Below, piece by piece: positions 63,872 to 64,000 of a stretch of DNA of 64,000 nucleotides (position 1 is the stretch's first letter; each line of letters opens with the position of its first letter). Origin of the DNA: a virus (taxonomy: Duplodnaviria; Caudoviricetes); IMG/VR virus record IMGVR_UViG_3300031555_003442, positions 96,001-160,000 of that record; one strand, given 5' to 3'. The notes beneath the pieces were generated by a model, which saw nothing but the letters and a program-made list of their open reading frames with translations, had not been told where the DNA came from and did not search any database. The position numbers were made by a program, and so were the translations under genes.

Positions 63872-64000
63872 ATGTCGAGTAAACCTATTATTTCATTTCG
63901 TATTGAAAACGAGCAGCAGGATGGGATTACCACGCTCGATGCCATTGCATCTGGGTTTCTACTTGTTGTTGCATACGTTGTTATAACCTGTGCGTTGAGC
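63872..64000 (+). CDS. hypothetical membrane protein, 3'-truncated by window edge
   Basis: MSSKPIISFRIENEQQDGITTLDAIASGFLLVVAYVVITCALS... Confidence 0.5.
   Translation, partial: MSSKPIISFRIENEQQDGITTLDAIASGFLLVVAYVVITCALS

Noticed and set aside
1-64000. Stop-codon reassignment, as in some large gut phages
   Set aside because: TAG, TGA and TAA all end genes with tight coupling to the next start, and long conserved genes are uninterrupted in code 11

Overview
The window reads as part of a large, T4-like (probably jumbo) lytic phage genome in standard genetic code. It is gene-dense, with about 110 mostly short hypothetical ORFs. Recognisable genes are a gp43-like family B DNA polymerase, a MoxR AAA+ ATPase with two VWA proteins, a PD-(D/E)XK exonuclease, NADAR, a CCA-adding enzyme, a Thg1-like protein, a catalytically degenerate ATPase-only copy of a T4-type large terminase, and a solo TnpB-like RuvC protein. 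Two promoter classes can be read directly from the DNA. The first is 16 sigma70-type TTG(A/C)CA-N17-TATATT sites, all with a 17-nt spacer. The second is nine TATAAACT boxes resembling the T4 late promoter; eight of them lie 26-33 nt (mostly 28) upstream of a start codon. The putative late regulon contains a nonulosonic-acid (sialic acid/KDN-like) synthesis plus glycosyltransferase operon, a PQ-loop transporter, probable head-internal proteins sharing a leader motif, and the TnpB-like gene. That gene has a leader of about 100 nt that can fold into a kissing-loop RNA. No CRISPR array, rRNA or complete tRNA was seen. All family calls come from motif recognition by eye; no searches were run.
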